Below, one piece after another: positions 16,715 through 18,570 of a DNA stretch of 18,570 nucleotides. The stretch is from Candidatus Hermodarchaeota archaeon. Lineage in GTDB: Archaea; Asgardarchaeota; Hermodarchaeia; Hermodarchaeales; Hermodarchaeaceae. The notes below the pieces were generated by a model. The model searched no databases, had not been told where the DNA came from, and saw nothing but the letters and a program-made list of their open reading frames with translations. The stretch is from assembly GCA_016839365.1 (NCBI GenBank), contig JAEOUH010000086.1, positions 1-18,570 of the forward strand. The letters are read 5' to 3'. Each line of letters starts with the position of its first letter. Position 1 is the first letter of the stretch. Both the position numbers and the translations under genes were made by a program.

Positions 16715-17890
16715 TCAGAAATTCTTCATGATTGGTTCATATTCTTTGAAGAGATACCGTGAAATGACATAGCGTTGTATTTGGCTAGTACCTTCATAGA
16801 TTTGGTAGAGCTTGGCGTCACGGAAGAGTTTCTGGATGGGATACTGTTCCAGGTAGCCTTTGCCACCGTAGATTTGGAGGGCGTCAGTGACGATTTTCAT
16901 GGCGTCCTCTGCCCCAACGAGTTTAGCACAGCTGGAAGCGACGTTAGTGATATTGCCATCGGTTTTTTGATCAACCATCCAAGCAGCTTTCCAGGTCAGG
17001 AGCCGAATCGCTTCAATGCGAGCATACATATCTGCAGCCATATCCTGAATGGCTTGAAAGCTGCTGATTTTCTTACCAAAGGCATCGCGTTGCTTTGCAT
17101 AATTGATGGCGTATTCCATAGCAGACCGGGCAAGCCCAGTAGCCATGGCTCCGATTGCTGGGCGGGTCTTGACAAAGGTCATCATTGCCAACAAGAAGCC
17201 CATCCCTTCACTACCTAGTAAATTTTCGACAGGCACCTCCGCGTTGCGTAGAATCACGGCAGCGGTATCGGAGGCCCGATGCCCCAACTTTTTCAATGGT
17301 TTTCCAGTGGAGACTCCTTTAGTGTCTGCGGGCACAATGAAGGCGGAAAGGCCTTGATGGCGTTTGGTTCCTTTTTGTCGTGCAAAAATTACGAAAAGGT
17401 CTGCGAAGTTGCCGTTAGTTATCCAGAATTTGTTACCATTGAGGATGAAATTGTCACCTTTTCGTTCATAACTGGTTTGAATCCCTGCAACGTCAGATCC
17501 CATTCCAGGTTCGCTCGTGGCAAAGGAGGCAAAGCGTAGCTCCTTCATGAAGGGTGTTAGCCACTGTTGTTTCTGGGCTTCACTGCCACCCAAAATAATT
17601 GGCGTGGTGCCTAGGTCGTTAACATAAATGGATGTTGTCATACCTGCACAGGCTGCAGAGAATTCTTCAACAACCAGAACTGAATCCAAGGATCCGAAGC
17701 TAGGTCCACCATATTTTTTGGGGATTCCAAGGTTCATCAGTCCTGCTTTGTGGGCTTTGGCGATAACATCACGAGGAAATTCACCAGTTTGATCGTAACG
17801 TTGGGAAACTGGGAGCACTTCTTCTAGCGCGAATTTTCGGGCTTTATTTTGTAGCGTTATCTGTTCATCCGATAATTGGAAGTCAATCAT
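16715..17890 (-). CDS. Acyl-CoA dehydrogenase, medium-chain (MCAD)-like
   Basis: SEPGMGSDVAGI, LNGNKFWITNG, KLGHRASDT, RDAFGKKI..FQAIQ, QIYGGKGY, and RDAKLYQIYEGTSQIQR containing the catalytic Glu. ATG 17890 (MIDFQLSDEQ) has GAGGT upstream; the track start at 17989 is likely over-extended. Confidence 0.96.
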   Translation of the reverse strand: MIDFQLSDEQITLQNKARKFALEEVLPVSQRYDQTGEFPRDVIAKAHKAGLMNLGIPKKYGGPSFGSLDSVLVVEEFSAACAGMTTSIYVNDLGTTPIILGGSEAQKQQWLTPFMKELRFASFATSEPGMGSDVAGIQTSYERKGDNFILNGNKFWITNGNFADLFVIFARQKGTKRHQGLSAFIVPADTKGVSTGKPLKKLGHRASDTAAVILRNAEVPVENLLGSEGMGFLLAMMTFVKTRPAIGAMATGLARSAMEYAINYAKQRDAFGKKISSFQAIQDMAADMYARIEAIRLLTWKAAWMVDQKTDGNITNVASSCAKLVGAEDAMKIVTDALQIYGGKGYLEQYPIQKLFRDAKLYQIYEGTSQIQRYVISRYLFKEYEPIMKNF

Positions 17891-18052
17891 ACGACCAAAC
17901 CTCGGTTTCCTGAGGGAGATTGTAGTATTTGAGTCGAACTGTCTTGCTATTCCTTCATACCTTAATGCCATTAGAGATGATTTTTGCAATCTTCATAACG
18001 AATATGTAGGAGAAGGGCTGCTGAGTGCGAAACTAAAAATTACTCGCCAATT

Positions 18053-18570
18053 ATGCGAGTACCAGAGGAGCTATCCTTGACAGATTCTGAACGACTCGGT
18101 GATGAGGCTGGGAAAGAAGGTTATACACCAAAGGCGTTGATCGAGGATGAATGCAACCTTCCCGAGAAACCACCTGTGCGTAGCTTAACCTTCCGAGGAA
18201 TTATACTTGCGCTCATTCTCAATGTGATTTACACGATTATCAATGCCTACCTTGGGATAAACTTTGGATTTGGTCTTGGTTTTGGGATTATCACCGTACT
18301 TACGGCCTACACTCTCTTTCATATCGCCCGTGGTGGTTCCAACCGTCAAGAAATAGCCACAACCATGATTGCCTCAACCGGATTTGTCGTCTACTATATT
18401 CTAACCATTTCAATGTACGTGCAAGCATATACGCCTTACACGTTACCCTGGTGGTTGGTTCCTCCCAAGGATATACTGCTCTACGGAAGCCCCTTCGATC
18501 CAAGCTGGATCCCACCAATCTTGTTTCATCTTGGTTTCGTCTGGCTTAGTACAATACTAGGATTCATTGC
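18053..18570 (+). CDS. OPT/YSL family oligopeptide/metal-chelate transporter, N-terminal part (runs off the window)
   Basis: Not in the ORF track because there is no stop in the window. The frame is open from ATG 18053 (or TTG 18077 after GAGGAG): ...PVRSLTFRGIILALILNVIYTIINAYLGINFGFGLGFGIITVLTAYTLF..., matching the OPT N-terminal LTxRxxxLGxxxxxxxxxxNxYLGxxxG motif. Confidence 0.78.
   Translation, partial: MRVPEELSLTDSERLGDEAGKEGYTPKALIEDECNLPEKPPVRSLTFRGIILALILNVIYTIINAYLGINFGFGLGFGIITVLTAYTLFHIARGGSNRQEIATTMIASTGFVVYYILTISMYVQAYTPYTLPWWLVPPKDILLYGSPFDPSWIPPILFHLGFVWLSTILGFI

Noticed and set aside
16775-18518. ORFs 16775-17218, 17103-17357, 17279-17539 and 18300-18518
   Set aside because: Antisense to the acyl-CoA dehydrogenase or the OPT gene.
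1-18570. Mobile elements, defence systems, CRISPR, tRNA/rRNA
   Set aside because: No transposase, integrase, nuclease, repeat-spacer array or cloverleaf recognised by eye; intergenic gaps are short. tRNAscan-SE/Infernal would be needed to exclude small RNAs.

Overview
Gene-dense archaeal chromosomal window, most likely from an Asgard archaeon. This is an inference from egsA, archaeal-type peroxiredoxin and ABC binding protein, TATA/BRE promoters, an IPGF-type C-terminal sorting signal, and a Sec23/Sec24-like gene. Gene order: end of a SAM methyltransferase (+), peroxiredoxin (-), B-box zinc-finger membrane protein, ATP-NAD/AcoX kinase-family protein, DUF1844 protein, egsA, beta-lactamase-fold serine hydrolase, Sec23/24-like Zn-finger-VWA protein, PiT phosphate transporter and DUF47 partner (all +), a three-gene Fe3+/thiamine/polyamine-class ABC importer (-), a divergent surface protein with a PGF/Loki-CTERM-like anchor (+), an un-called decayed SulP transporter fragment (-), an MCAD-like acyl-CoA dehydrogenase (-) and the start of an OPT/YSL transporter (+). 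The most interesting element is the COPII-coat-like protein at 6771-8375. It has the Sec23/24 domain order, keeps an intact MIDAS metal site, and has no recognisable gelsolin/GAP domain. No rRNA, tRNA, CRISPR array or mobile element was seen. All family calls come from motif recognition by eye, not from database searches.
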